A stretch of 63,960 bases of DNA, the filler included, from Circinaria calcarea (taxonomy: Eukaryota): NCBI GenBank assembly GCA_051942165.1. It is 3 parts of 3 records of this genome, joined end to end, with 100 filler letters (N's around TTAATTAATTAA, not from the genome) between each part and the next. Parts side by side here need not be neighbours in the genome. Positions count along the whole stretch, not along the records: positions 1 to 21,689 come from JAVECS010000138.1; 2 more parts are not named here. One strand, given 5' to 3'. Below are positions 1-12,535 of this stretch, one piece after another (position 1 is the first letter of the stretch; every line of letters starts with the position of its first letter). The translations under genes were made by a program, and so were the position numbers. A model generated the notes under the pieces. It was not told the origin of the DNA. It worked only from the letters and a program-made list of their open reading frames with translations, and did no database searches.

Positions 1-1789
1 CCACCACCGCCACCTCCTCCGCCTCGATTGCCGCCTCTGCTACCCCGACCTTGATTGAACGGGTTGCGATGACCGCCGTTGCCGCCTCCATTACCTGAGT
101 TTGCGGGACCTCGTCCGCGGTTTTGATTGTTGCCGCGGAAGTTGCCGTTTTGGTGATTATTGCCTCTTCTGTTTTCGTCGTTTCCGTAGCCGTTCCTTTG
201 GCTTTGACCTCGAAAGTCCTCTCCTCCTTCCTCGGGGGCATACCTTCTCTTTCCAGAGTTCCAAATGTTCTTCTTGGTGGCGAATAGGCTCTGGTATTCT
301 TCCTCTCCTGCGACTTCCTTTTCAATTCGCAATTGCACCTTTTCGCCAACCACGGTTTCAAAGACAAATTGCTTATCGCTTGCGACAGGCTGCCAGTTCT
401 GTATTCTTCCGGCGTCAATAGGCTTCGCTCCTTTCCGTAAGGCCAAAACGATGATAGGTGTAGGGTTATCAGTATAATAGGGGGCGGAGGGAGGGATAGG
501 CGTAACCCGCGCAGCCCATATCTTATTTTCGAAAACGGCGGTTCCTGTGACTTGCCATATCTGCTTAGCACCGATACCGCCAACTTTGTCGAGAATGGAT
601 TTTTGTGCTGGGCGGGGAGTGATGAGGATGTTGTTTGCCAGGAATTTGAGATCCGAATCTGGCATATTGGGAGGCAGGGAGATAAGAGTGAGGAGATTAT
701 TGGTATCTTGAGGAGAGATCAGGTAACCTGTAAAGAAGATTGTACGTTTAATTTGAAGGCGGTTGGAATGGCCGGGGATATTAGAGTTGCTGTCGCGGAG
801 GGAGGCGTTGTGGCCGTTGATCATCCTTTGGACTTCCGCTGTTTCTGAGACAGGATTCAGGGTCGTAGTTGTGTCGGCGACCTGGATTACTTCCGCCGTA
901 ATGGGTCTTCGGGGGGTTGGTGCATTGGATGAGAGGATGCTTCTGTTCAATTTCTCAAAATACTCTCGAAAGCCTTTTACGCTGGAAGAAGACGTCAGCA
1001 AATTGACTCATGCATGAAACCCGCAATTACACACTGCTTAGGCCTGTCCTCGTAAACCTTGATTTCTTCGGCATCCTTGTAAGTATGTACGATGTCTTCG
1101 AGGAGCTGTTGTTTGTAGTGCATGGTGCTGCTGAAACGCTGACCAACTGGACCGATCCGTTGTTTCAGGCAAATCATGTCGAATTCAAGTTTCTTGCTCG
1201 CAACCATCCGTTTGATTAGATCTCCAAAGTTGTGCTCCCCACGTCCAGTCAGGAGTACGGTTAATGCGTCTTTCTGGCGCATACTGAGCTCCACAAGACT
1301 GACCTTCATCGTGTCAGCAAATTCATCTTAGTCACTCGGTATCAAGTACAATCTGCTCATTCCACCACCCATCCCATGCCCGTGCTTCCTCCATCTCAAT
1401 CCCCTGACCTGTCGCCTCGAGTATGTGCTGATCATGCCACCACCCTCCATTCACAAAGAAGTCTTCTGTCTGTAGATAACCAACGGTTGGCCCGGTCCAC
1501 AGCTTTGGATTTGGTAATGGACTCATGAACACTGTTGCGAGTTAGGATAGTCAAGGAGAGCGCAGGAGGTTAAGAGTACCCACGAGTATTGTCGAAATCA
1601 TAGATGTGAAGGGCTTTCACCTGCGACACAGCTGTCCATGATTTAGCTGAGAGTATCTGTAATGTTGCAACTATACTTACGTGGCAGCTCTCGGTTTTGG
1701 CAAGACCATCTCTTGAGTATAGCTGTAGTGTGAACGGCCATCTTGCGTGCGATTGTGTTTATTGCATTACGAGCAAAAGATTTGCGCAT
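1..1789 (-). CDS. Swiss Army Knife RNA-repair-like HAD domain protein (HAD_SAK_1 type) with RGG-rich C-terminus; multi-exon, 3' end runs off the window
   Basis: Spliced reading gives MAVHTTAILKRWSCQNRELP / VKALHIYDFDNT / FMSPLPNPKLW...NGGWWHD / LTVLLTGR...IKVYEDRPK (HAD-like DxD, TGR and EDR motifs). The minus strand at 1-250 is Gly/Arg-rich. Start is ATG 1789 or the in-frame ATG 1741. Confidence 0.8.
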
Positions 1790-2003
1790 GCCTCATAAAA
1801 TGCGATCCGGAACTCAGAGAGTGTTCGGGGGTACACATGTCGATGCTCCGCGAGTCAGTCTACGGGTTTCGACCTCGACGAAAGTCGCGATGCGAAGCGT
1901 CATTCGCAGGGACCTTCGCCAAGCATCGGAATACGCTCGGTCCCTTTGGCCCTTTCAATTTTTATCTACAACATGAAAGCTATTACATACTCCGTACCAA
2001 TAC

Positions 2004-3101
2004 ATGGAAGGGGAGCAGGAAATAAGGCAATGCGTATTACAAAATATATTAGAGGAAGTCAAAGCTGGACAAGATGAAGACTGTGCTGACCCTTGTGTCA
2101 TCTGCCTCGAACCTGTTTCCGAAAGGGCCGTAGCATCCACATGCCGCCACTACAGCTTCGACTTTCTATGTCTTGTAAGCTGGCTACAAGAGCGCTCAGC
2201 ATGTCCACTCTGTGCGTAATCTCCTCTTATTCCCGTGATACCTATTATTAATATAATCGTAGGCAAAACCGAAGTAAAGTATGTTGAATACGAGTGGCGA
2301 TCACCGACAGACTTCAAAACATATCCTATTATTTCAAGCCAGCAGTCTACTGGAAATGCAATCACAACGCCTACAAGCTTATCCAGTGTATCCAACGGAG
2401 GACGGAATTTCCACAACACTTGGAGACGTCGACGGGCCCAACCACGGAGATCTACCCCAAGCTTAGATGCAGCGTTACTAGACCGCAGATGGGTATACCG
2501 TAATCAGTCATATTCTCTCCATGTTGGGTCAAACCGGATATCGCGTTTTCGAGATCTAACCCCGCAAGTGTTCTCCCGCGATGCAGAGTTGATCTCGAGG
2601 GCAAGGAAGTGGATTCGCCGAGAGCTACAGGTTTTTGAGTTTTTGAGTCTGGACGGCACGGAAGAGGAAGGAATAAGCCGAAGGGCAAACAATGCAGAAT
2701 TTCTTCTGGAATACATTATTGCGATCCTAAAGACCGTAGACATCAAGGGTAGTGGCGGCCAGGCAGAAGACATGCTACAGGAGTTCCTTGGGAGGGATAA
2801 TACAAGGTTATTCCTTCATGAAATAAGAGCATGGCTAAGGAGCCCATATGTCTCCCTCGAAGATTGGGATCGCAATGTACAATATGCCGAGCAGACAAGA
2901 GAGAGGCCCAAGGATGGAAGGCACCAGAGTAACAGTGGACTTGCCAATCTAGGTAGGTATGATTTCTCTTCGGAGCGCCCAAGTTCTCGGGCTGGGAAGA
3001 GAAAATGGTCGCCGTCTGGAGCTGAGAGTTATGGGCCGCCTATTTCCCACGAGGACTTGGCATCAAAAAGGAGAGCTTCACGACATTACATTCCTAATTG
3101 A
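2004..3101 (+). CDS. RING-finger E3 ubiquitin ligase (Topors-like), one intron at about 2216-2262
   Basis: C3HC4-type RING (CVICLE...CRHYSFDFLCLVSWLQERSACPLC), GTAATC...TAG intron, then a conserved-looking exon with ELQVF...NNAEFLLEYIIAILKTVDIK...FLHEIRAWLRSPY. Confidence 0.85.
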
Positions 3102-3373
3102 GAGATTAATCCCACATCCGGTGGAAACTAATCCGGAATAGGAGGAGACTTGTGTGTAGGCGTGTGAGATAAAGGAAACAATCTCAGGAGGTGGCCATCA
3201 CTTTCATATGACAAGAACCTTATCCTGCCTTAACCGGGGATAACTGGGCGCCGCCAGGAGCCCATCAGTCCGGACTGGACTGGAACATTTTCGTGTCTTT
3301 ATTCAGCTGAACAGAGATGTCATACATGCCTCGACAGTCTATAGCATTTCAAATTTCCGATTTGCCTATTTCG

Positions 3374-4560
3374 CTACTGTGGAAGCAAAAGGTCTCCTGA
3401 CGTCGAAGCCTTCACATCGGCAATAATCTCTCGGATAGGCGTGACAAGGCCAGAACCAAAAATTTTCCCGCCCTGATGATATCCAAATACCATTCCCACA
3501 AGTTCACCCTCCCTGTTAAAGACCATTGCCCCAGAATCACCTTGGCCAGCAAATACATCAGGTTCTTCTGAGCCACCTCGCCTTTTCAACGTCGACACAA
3601 CGGCCCATTCCCAAGTCTCATCACCATCATTCGTCCACTGAACTTTGATCGGAGCACCATTGAACTTACCACAGGTTACTTCGGTTGTTCGTCCTCTCTT
3701 GATAACCCAATCATCCGGTACAATATCACCGAAGCGATCAGCAAAATCCAGTTCTGTAAGATGGTATTGATTATTGCCAGGGTTCCTTTCAGGGCTCACA
3801 CTGTCTTTGGACGGAGGCAGATTCCGCGAGAAAAACTCCTGAGTGGTCTGAACAAGAGCCCAGTCTAGACGCATTCGAGCAGATGTGTTCCTGATACCAG
3901 AAGAAGCCAACACCTGCCCAATGACAGGATTTGCCTTCCTAGTGTCACAAATGCTGAGGACGGTCTGGCACTGTTTCACATCTTCTTGAGCTTGCCTTAG
4001 ACTTCGTATAACCCTGGGTTCCTCCTCTCCCATCTCGACCCTCAATTGTGACTTAGCTTCTCGATCCTGGGCCTCCTTCAATCGATCACTCCATTCTTCA
4101 TGGGCTGCATTTAGATCTTGAAGGCTTGGGTATTCGACAAAGACTTTGGCCGGGTCCTCATCGCTGCTGGAGAAAATCGATATACCTTCCTTATCTGTCC
4201 TCGTCGCAACTTCCCTGTTGGTAGATCGGATTACATGATGACATGTTAGAAAACAGAGTTTGGACTGATCCTCAGAAAGCGTTTGACCGGATAAAGGCTG
4301 CAAAACAACAAAACCTCCAAGTGTACCGGAACTATTGAGATCCCCCTGAAGCCCGATGCTCACGCCGTTATATGGCTTTGGCAACAGGTTTCGTTGAACC
4401 TCACCGGCCGCATTAGAAACTGTTCCGGGGTTCAATTCAACCCCAACTTGAATTTTGTGAGCTATGCGCTCAAGGGTCGTCAAGGATGCTGCATTGCGGC
4501 GCCTGGCCGACGAGAGAGAAGGGGTGAGAACGCTAGATTGGAGGGGAAGATCGGTGCGAG
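3374..4560 (-). CDS. Trypsin-like (clan PA; Ssy5/Nal1-like) serine peptidase-domain protein; 5' end unresolved, possibly degenerate
   Basis: Motifs GTLGGFV, LTCHHV (His), DWALV (Asp), GRTT and FAGQGDSGAMV (Ser) occur in the correct order. There is no in-frame ATG before the catalytic His, and the frame closes with TAA near 4605. Confidence 0.65.
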
Positions 4561-5438
4561 GCAGGTGGCCCCAACATCCATTAGCTCGACATTGAATTCC
4601 GATTTAAACTTAAAGCCAGGGGGCAGATTTCAAACAGTGTATAAAATATCGAAACTCGGGGGCATCAAAAGTCAAGAAAAAGACAACCATGCCCTTTATA
4701 CGAGAGAATACCCACGCTCAAACCCCTCATGTATATAGATATAGATATAAACTCCCAAAGTACCCCGGTCTGGGAATACATACTGGAAAGTAAGTAAGCG
4801 GCAGGAGGCAGTCAGGAACATAAACATAACAGTTTAGCCATTTCATATATATGGCAGTCAGTGCCTGATCGGTTCCAGTTGAGATTTTTCAAAGAGCGGG
4901 GCTGAAGTGCAAGTCAGTTGAAAAATCCTTTAAAAAGGGATCCGAGGGTTCTGATTTAAAAAAAAATCTACAAGACCACACTACGCTACTTGGGGAGAAC
5001 CCCCACCCCCACCATGGTGACTCGACGCTAGAGCTTTGGGACTAGTAGTGGATGAATCGATGGATGAATGAGTGGATGAATGGCGCTTCGTATCGGGAGT
5101 TTGCTTGCCTGGGAAGGCATGGAGGGAGGGAGGGAAGGAGGGGAGAAAGTATGGTGATCGAGGAGGACAACATCCAAACCATTTTGCAAAGATGTTGGTG
5201 GGGCTTTTTATTAAAATAAAGAAAAAGGGGGGAGGGGGGGATAGATAAAAACCGTAGTTGCATGCATGCAACCACAGTATTTGGAAAAAATTTCATTAGG
5301 GAACATGTTCACACGACGAGATTGAAACGGCAGACAGAAGCCGTGATCGCAATTCTCAACCGGGCTACTTGCGGCATGCTGAACAATCGCTGTAGTGAGA
5401 GTTCCCACCTCTCCAGAACCGGAGACGCCCTCTCAACA

Positions 5439-7040
5439 TCAACGCCTGCGCCCAAACTTCCCACCCCGCTTCCCCTTGGATTGCTTGTTCTTGATCTTCA
5501 GCGCTCGGAAGTTGGCGTGTGCGGTTGCGCTGATCTTCTTCTTCTTCTTCGCCTTGGGCACTGACGCTGGCGCAGCCTCTAGGCTAACTGTTTTAGTTCC
5601 TTGAGAGCCGCCTTCACCCTCCGCACCATCCCACTCGTGATCTTGCGCATCTGCACCGTCACCCTCGGCGTCCAAACCCACAGGAATAACAGCATCGCCA
5701 ACTTGCGTCTCCTGAACAGCCATGTCATCCTCACTTTCTTTCCCGCCTAACCACGTTGGCTCTGGCCTCCACTTCCCAGCGTTGGGCTTCATGTTCACCC
5801 GTCTCGTGCTCCTCTTCTGCCCCTTTTTCTTCCACACCTTTAATGGTTTCCCGTCTCTTCCCCTCCCCTCCATTTTTGACTCTTCCTCGTTGTTACTCAC
5901 ATCGCCTTCCCCATCCGGTCCCAGTGGCATCTCCAATTGACTATCCCGGACTAGCAACTTCGGCTGCTTGAGAATTTGAGAATCACCGTCACCTCCGGCT
6001 CGCTCGGCTTCCAGCTCGTTCATGATATCTAGGTCTTCGTCCAGTGCCTCATCTTGCATACCCCTTAACCCCTTCACTAGAGCACTCAGACCTCTCCCCG
6101 CGGGCTTCACCGGCATTCGGACCTTAATCGGACTCCAGAAAACTGCATCCCCATCTGCCTGGCTCCCAACAGGCGGGTAAGTGGGAAAAGCAGCACGTTG
6201 ACTGTCCCTTCTTAAGAACTCCGGAGTTTCGCCATCAAATGTTAGCTTTGACACTCCACCCATTGAGCTGTGCGGCGTTCTTTGCTCGTTGATCCTCCTT
6301 GTCGAAGGCGTAAGAAACGAATCTAGATACATGCGCTTCGAAGAGCTTTGGGGCGTGCGCGAATGCCTCCTTGCACTTTCATGGTTCCCATCCCTAGGTC
6401 TCGCGTTGTCAAACTCTCTTGCTTCAATACTGTGTTTGGAAGGCGTAGTCTGCAGGCCAGAAAGATTTGGATTCAAGAGAGAGAGGCGTTTGGACGGAGT
6501 CTGACGCTTGGAAGCGGACTCTGGGGAGAGAAGATCAAAAAGACCAAGGACTTTTCCATTTTTCTGCGGGGTGGGCCCGATGGAAGTGCGATGGTGGATA
6601 GGGGTAAGGGTATGGCGGAGAGAACCGGGGGACTCGTATGGATCGAGGGTAGAGGGATGTTGTGAATGGGTTTGATGAACATGTGACGGTCGAAAAGAAG
6701 TTGGGGGCTGATTTTCGAGAGGAGGTATTTTGCGCTTTTTGGATAGTGGGGGAGGGGATGAGGACGAGGCGGGAGGTGTGTTTTTTGTGGAAAGACGGGC
6801 GCGGAGCTTGGCGTAGTCTTTGTATTTCTGAGCTATCCTGGCTTAGGATAACTGGTCTAATGTTCAATCAATTCGGTGTAGCATACCTATCTGAGGATCA
6901 TTCTTGATGTCGTCGCGTCCAGCTTTGCGCCCCTCATTGGCATTCGCGAAGGCTTTCTCCCATGTTTTCAACTCGTTACGAAGACTATCAACCGTACTCG
7001 AGGCTGCCAGTGCTTTCGTATTGTTGGTAGCTGATATCAT
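5439..7040 (-). CDS. SLD2: DNA replication regulator Sld2/Drc1, one intron at about 6833-6884
   Basis: N-terminus LRNELKTWEKAFANANEGRKAGRDDIK...I/AQKYKDYAKL, central SIGPTPQKNGKVLGLFDLL with many S/T-P sites, KKKGQKRSTRRVNMKP, and C-terminus AHANFRALKIKNK...KFGRRR. Confidence 0.9.
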
Positions 7041-7105
7041 ACTGCAGTGTAGGGTAAATGTGTGTCTGGTTTCCGGTAACACGCTTTCGGTAACTAAACG
7101 GGAGA

Positions 7106-7149
7106 ACGCGTTCAAGGAATATATTCAGCCTTACGGAGTACGTCACGCG
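7106..7149. promoter_or_regulatory. MCB-type cell-cycle elements upstream of SLD2
   Basis: Perfect ACGCGT at 7106-7111 and ACGCG at 7145-7149, 66-110 bp upstream of the SLD2 ATG. MBF/MCB control of replication genes is established in ascomycetes. Confidence 0.6.
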
Positions 7150-7685
7150 CTTAATTCGCTAAATGGGGACCATTTAATAGACGGATTCAAGTGATATGTA
7201 TTATAACGGATTAGGCAGCATAAGAACCTGGTGATTCGAGAAGCTATACTATGACTCCACGCTTTCTATATTTGCGGCCGGTAGTCTTCTGGACTGACTA
7301 TCCCAAGATACTTTTCTCGCATTATCAATGGCCCCGACGTGAATGCGGACGCTGAAGCCACGAGCAGAAAAGGTGAGCTTAGCGCATTGGGTTGAGTACC
7401 TACTCAGAACATGGTGGTAATGATGATCCTGATGGCAACAAGAACCGGTGTATTGGCATCATGGTCGTTCTTTCGATTTCGCATTTCTAGAAGATGACCT
7501 TTAATACATTTAGCGTGTCAAGGTCCGACTTGGCATTGGCCCCAATAACATGTACAACATGGTACTGAAGCCTTTTCTATGTTCAGGTATGATTCCTGTC
7601 CGGAACCTCATATCTCCTATCCATCATTCTGACAATTAGCCGTGAAATAACGCTCCAGTAACTCCAAGCCCATCTCCCTTCATTC

Positions 7686-9422
7686 CTAGAATTCCATTGC
7701 ATCGTTGTCCTCTCGTTCCCTTTTCACCCCTCTATTATCCTTGAGCAATGCTGCAACGTGGTTCTTAAAGTACTCTACGTAAGGCTTAAGGCTAGTCTTC
7801 TCGTAATCTTGGATTCTGGTTATATCTCCATCTTTCCCCTCCTCTTTCTTATTGACGTTATCCCAGTCGTCAATTTCCCCTAAAAGCTCCGTAACCGTCG
7901 GTACACCCAAAGGGTCGAACTCCTCTAACTTCTTTGTGTTAATAGGCACACAAACCCTGCCAGTCCCGGGGTGAATGACGAAAGGTGATTTCAGCAGATG
8001 GATTTTCTTCTTGCTTACTTCCACATCGAGGCGAGGATAGGTATACTCAAGGATGATGTCTTTCTTGGCTTCCAGTAATGCCTTCTTATCCAGATTGGGA
8101 CTGACTCCAGTTGAAGCCAAAGCGTCAATGTCTGCCCATTTACTTGCACTGTTCCGACCTGGGGCTGAATCCCATTTTTTGCGTAGGGCGTCGTTGAGGA
8201 TTTTATCTGGGAGTAACTGAAGTAGGCGATCGGTTTTCTCGGCAGTTTCCCAAGGATCCTGATCCTCGAGAATGTCCTTCTGGAAGTGGTCCTTGAGAAT
8301 TTCAAGGCTTCGCCTATAGATATCTGATCAGCAGAAATACCAGATAAACTCAGAGTACTAACACTAGATGCGGATGCAACGGCCTTTTCACATTGACCTT
8401 CTTCCCGCTTTGACTTCCTCCTTTAATAACCTCTAGATACCCCGCTACTGCCTTTCTCCGCCCGTCATCCATGTTTCTCGCTTTCCGATCACTAATCCAT
8501 GCGTGTGCACCTCTCCTTCCGGAGTATACCCACATAATATGTTCGAACCCAAAATCTTCCCTTAATGCCGCATCCACGACCTTGACCGCCATGGTAACGA
8601 ATGACCAGCATTTGTGACATATGTTAGCCTTATCGCAGCAGGTCCGGATCTCGTCGTAATCTGTCAGATCGATATCGAAGACCAATTCTTTGGATAAGGG
8701 TCTGAAGGCGGTGGATTTGCTAAGTGTTTTCCGATCCGTTGGAGCGGCAGTGTAAACAGGTCCGATCTCAAAACGAGAGGGTTTAAGATGAAGGATCTCC
8801 TTACGGAGCCTATACATGTGTCAGTAATCTTAAAGGCACCGTAAAATATATAAATGCCTGCGGAACAGAGGACCAAGGCGGATTGATTCTTACAGATCTG
8901 CTGTGCGAAAACTCTGATATCGTAGGTACGCATCGTTTTGCAACGTGAACGCGAACTCTCTGTTGATGAAATCATTTGAAGGCTTCACCGAGTGGTTTAA
9001 CCACTGGAAGAGAGGGCGAAATGGGAAAAGCCGCTGATAGAATGCCAGCATGACATCCGGATCTGAAAACTTTGCCGAGGGTGCCAGCTGCCTTTATCGT
9101 AGTGAGCGAGATTCCAAAACTATTCATATTTGATTTTCAAGTACAATGGTAATGTAGGTGGACTGCTGCCTTCCATCTTCTCAACGCTACTACCGCTCTG
9201 GGCGAGGCCCCATTCATCCTCATCATCTATATTGAAAAGGTCTTCAAGCTTAACTTCGGTTTTCCCTTTCTCAACCTCCACAGCGTCACTCATTCGTGAA
9301 TCGCCTTCCATTGGGTCATTACAGCTTCCATTATCTTCATCCTCGATAAGGGCGTGTGGAGGGGCATCAGGGAGAGTGCTATCTTCTTGGGAGGAGACTT
9401 CCAGGGCGGTGGAATGCGGCAT
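7686..9422 (-). CDS. PRI1: DNA primase small (catalytic) subunit, multi-exon
   Basis: FYQRLFPFRPLFQWLNH, REFAFTL, RFEIGPVY, KELVFDIDLTDYD (catalytic DxD), WVYSGRRGAHAW, YPRLDVEVSK, HLLKSPFVIHPGTGRVCVP. Confidence 0.95.
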
Positions 9423-9527
9423 CCCTAAAAATTCTTTTCAAGTGTTTGGTAATAATAAAAGTTTTGGGTTGTTGCGCCGAAGTGCTAACTGGCTTCCTAC
9501 ACGTCTAATTGATTAAATCCCTACAGC

Positions 9528-9556
9528 TCGCGAGACGCGACGTGTCTAAGCGCGAA
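9528..9556. promoter_or_regulatory. Cluster of CGCG-core (MCB/SCB-like) elements upstream of PRI1
   Basis: TCGCGA (9528), ACGCGA (9535) and CGCGAA (9551), about 105-135 bp upstream of the PRI1 ATG. Confidence 0.5.
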
Positions 9557-9931
9557 GTACGATAAGCTAAGATATCGAGCAACGCTATTCCAACTTTAGC
9601 CAAACCTTTGGAAATGGAGCCTATATGAATACATGTGACACAGCTTCTGTCAAAAGAAGGGCGTGTTCACGCTATCATTTCTATGACTATCTATCTACTC
9701 GGTCTACAAAGTAGTAGGCCAGGTAGAATGGACCCTCTGGTCCAAGTCAAGAATACTCCCATCGATACTGGAAGAGTAATGCGTAAGGCCAAATGCAACA
9801 AGTTGAGCTGCTAAGCAAACTGCTCTGGCATGAGGCTGTAGAGAGACATTTCCGGCGCCATAGAATGCCCTTCATTACATGACCCATTTCGCCCGCCCGC
9901 CCAACCAGACACCTCTAGTATCACAAGGACG

Positions 9932-11640
9932 TTATGCCGTAGGATCTACGTTGAATTTCCATTCGCCTGTATAATGTCAGAATGAAGAGGTGGCAGAATG
10001 GCTAAGTTTCGGGGCCTTACCCAGCTTGAGATTCTCCGCCGTATCGCTCAGTAATATAATCCTCCTTTTCTTACAATAAGAAGTCTTGTCCAGAATGTCA
10101 ACCTTCAATGAAGACAATTCAGCCGTCGGTTTCTCAAACATCTCACTAAGGCTCTCCACTGCCATCTCCAAGTCTTTTTGATTGTCCTCGAAGATCTCGG
10201 TCAAGTTATTCCTTGCCAGATAGAATGCGAAGGCGTACGTCCACTTCAATGTTTGTCTGCATTGCTGTAAGGCTTGCGATGCAGTTTCAAGGAACTGAAC
10301 CTCAATCCAAGACATCCCTGACGCAGTTTGGAGGTTGATCATCTTCCTTTCCGTCTTGAGATAGAGGTCCTTGTCCAACTTCGCAGATTGCTCATGGTTG
10401 GCGTAACGGTTGTAATAATGTAGATATCGCTCCAAGGACTGACGAGACTTTGCCTGAGCATCGCGAGCATCGTTACCTGATTTCTCCTCGAATCTGTTGC
10501 AATTGTACCAGCTGGTGCCGTGTTCCGACCACAGGCCCATGCAAATCCAGCAGAACTCATGCTTACACTTACGACACGTCATATGATTACATCCCCCGTT
10601 CTTCTCTATGGTAGAAACACATTTAGGGCACTCCTTGGTATTTGCTGATATCCAATTCGCTGTCTCCGAGTCGTCTTCACACTTCTTGACCCATTTTCTG
10701 ACCAAAGAACAAGGTGTGGGCTGATGATCGTTCGCTGTGCAGCCAAAACAGAATCGATGTTTGCAGTTGCAGAACACTGTTGGAACTATGCGGGCAAGAT
10801 CTTTCTTCCTAACCCCACACTCAACTGCATACTCGCAGTTGGGCGCGGGACACCACTTTAAATTCTCCTTGTCGTCAACATAAGTTCGCATAAGGAGGAC
10901 TTGGTACCTAGATAGACCTATCAGCTGTGTCGCGGAAGCTAATTAGGGTTCCTAACCGATTTTTCAGCTCGCTTGCGACTAGTAGGTCGAGAGATTTTGA
11001 GTCAACAATTCTGTTGCACCCACTCGTCGGACATTGTATCCTTGCCGCCTCGCCCTCATCTTTTATTTTTTGGGCTAGGTAGTGTCTGTAGCATTCCACG
11101 CAATATCTATGACCACATTTCAAGGCATATGTTTCTAATCCAGGTTCGTCCTCGCAGCAAATTTCACAAGTAAATCCCTTTGTCACCTGTGTTTGCGGGG
11201 TTTGTGATGTGTCTGGCCCTAGCCCCGCGGCCTCCAGCAACTCGTCCGGTTTCTCCATATAGGCTTCTATTAATCGCTCTTTATTCCATCGCGCATGCCT
11301 CAGTAAGATTGCCGAGGCTTCGGGGGGTTGTTGCAATATCTGCGAGACTTCCTCGATCTGCTTATCTTGGTGTGCTTGGATATCGGAAGGACCGAAGACT
11401 TTAAAGTCGACTTCATATGGTTTCCTCGCAGGTTTTATGATATCTTTGTCTTGTGCGAATCCTGCATCTGGTTCTTCATCCTCGAAACCTATATAAGCAT
11501 TTAAGTCGGGGGCTCAAGACTTTCAACGCTTGACATGTTTACGCACCTTCGCTCAAACTGCCATCGTCGCTATCAGCAATACCTCCAAAATCCTCCTCTT
11601 GAGTCGATGCACCACTCAGGAACTCATCATCTGAGTCCAT
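9932..11640 (-). CDS. HEL1: RBR-type E3 ubiquitin ligase, Ariadne-1/Hel1 family, multi-exon
   Basis: Acidic N-terminus MDSDDEFLS, RING1 (CEICC...CGHRYCVEC), IBR (WCPAPNC...CNCKHRFCFGC), RING2 (KECPKC...KNGGCNHMTC...FCWIC) and Ariadne domain (SLERYLHYYNRYANHEQS). Last exon is GEWKFNVDPTA-stop. Confidence 0.92.
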
Positions 11641-12535
11641 GGTTGGTGGCGGGCTACTTGCGTTTGTAAGCGGTGTGGTGGGCAGGGCAGCGTCACCTGC
11701 TTCGCTTTCTCTACTTGGTTTCTTAATTTGGGGTAAACAATCCGGGATGTCGGTAGCTTTCCTCTTTCGAATCTGGGGAGGCGTGGTGGGGGATTGTTTG
11801 GAAACCCGGTGTTTGCTCTCGCCTTGACGAGACGCAGACACGAGTTTCGACTTGGATGAAGAGGCTGGTGAATGGCAGCCGCCGGCTCGGTGAGCCGCAC
11901 TAGAAGTGATGAACGGATGCGGGCGTTATGCTTGGAAAGGAGTCACGATAGGTAACAGGGATATTCAAGCAAGATGGCCTTAGGCTCGTGACTGGCAGGC
12001 TGATCAACCAGCATGACGAGCATTTGGCAGTCATAGCCGCTATCTTCAAGGAGTGGCAACTATCGGCTATCGGCATCCACCTTCCGGACGCCAGAACCAC
12101 CCGCCGAACCTAATTTACTTGACCGCCGTAGCACCCGCCTAACTACGGGGCCTAACGCCACTGGCATTAGCATAAGATCTCACAGAATTTGGAGTGGCTA
12201 TTGGCCGAAGATTACGGCAACCAAGGAAATTTTACACCCCCCCCAATGGTGCCTACCACAGGACTTTCAACGTTTAAAAAGCACACATTCTAGAAAAATT
12301 TGCTATCTATCACCCAGTGGGGAAATGGCTGGAGTTTATCAGTACAGTGCTCCTAGTGTACTAATCATATCTACAATTTGATTTCGTTACCATTCTATGA
12401 AGAAGCTGCAGACCCAAACTTAAGCGCTCTCTGCCTATCTAATAAGTCGGCCCCCTGAAATCAATTTGAGCTCCCCCCAACTCAGTACACGAGTAAGCTA
12501 TATCCCTGATAATAACTTTCTATATGTACCAAGCT

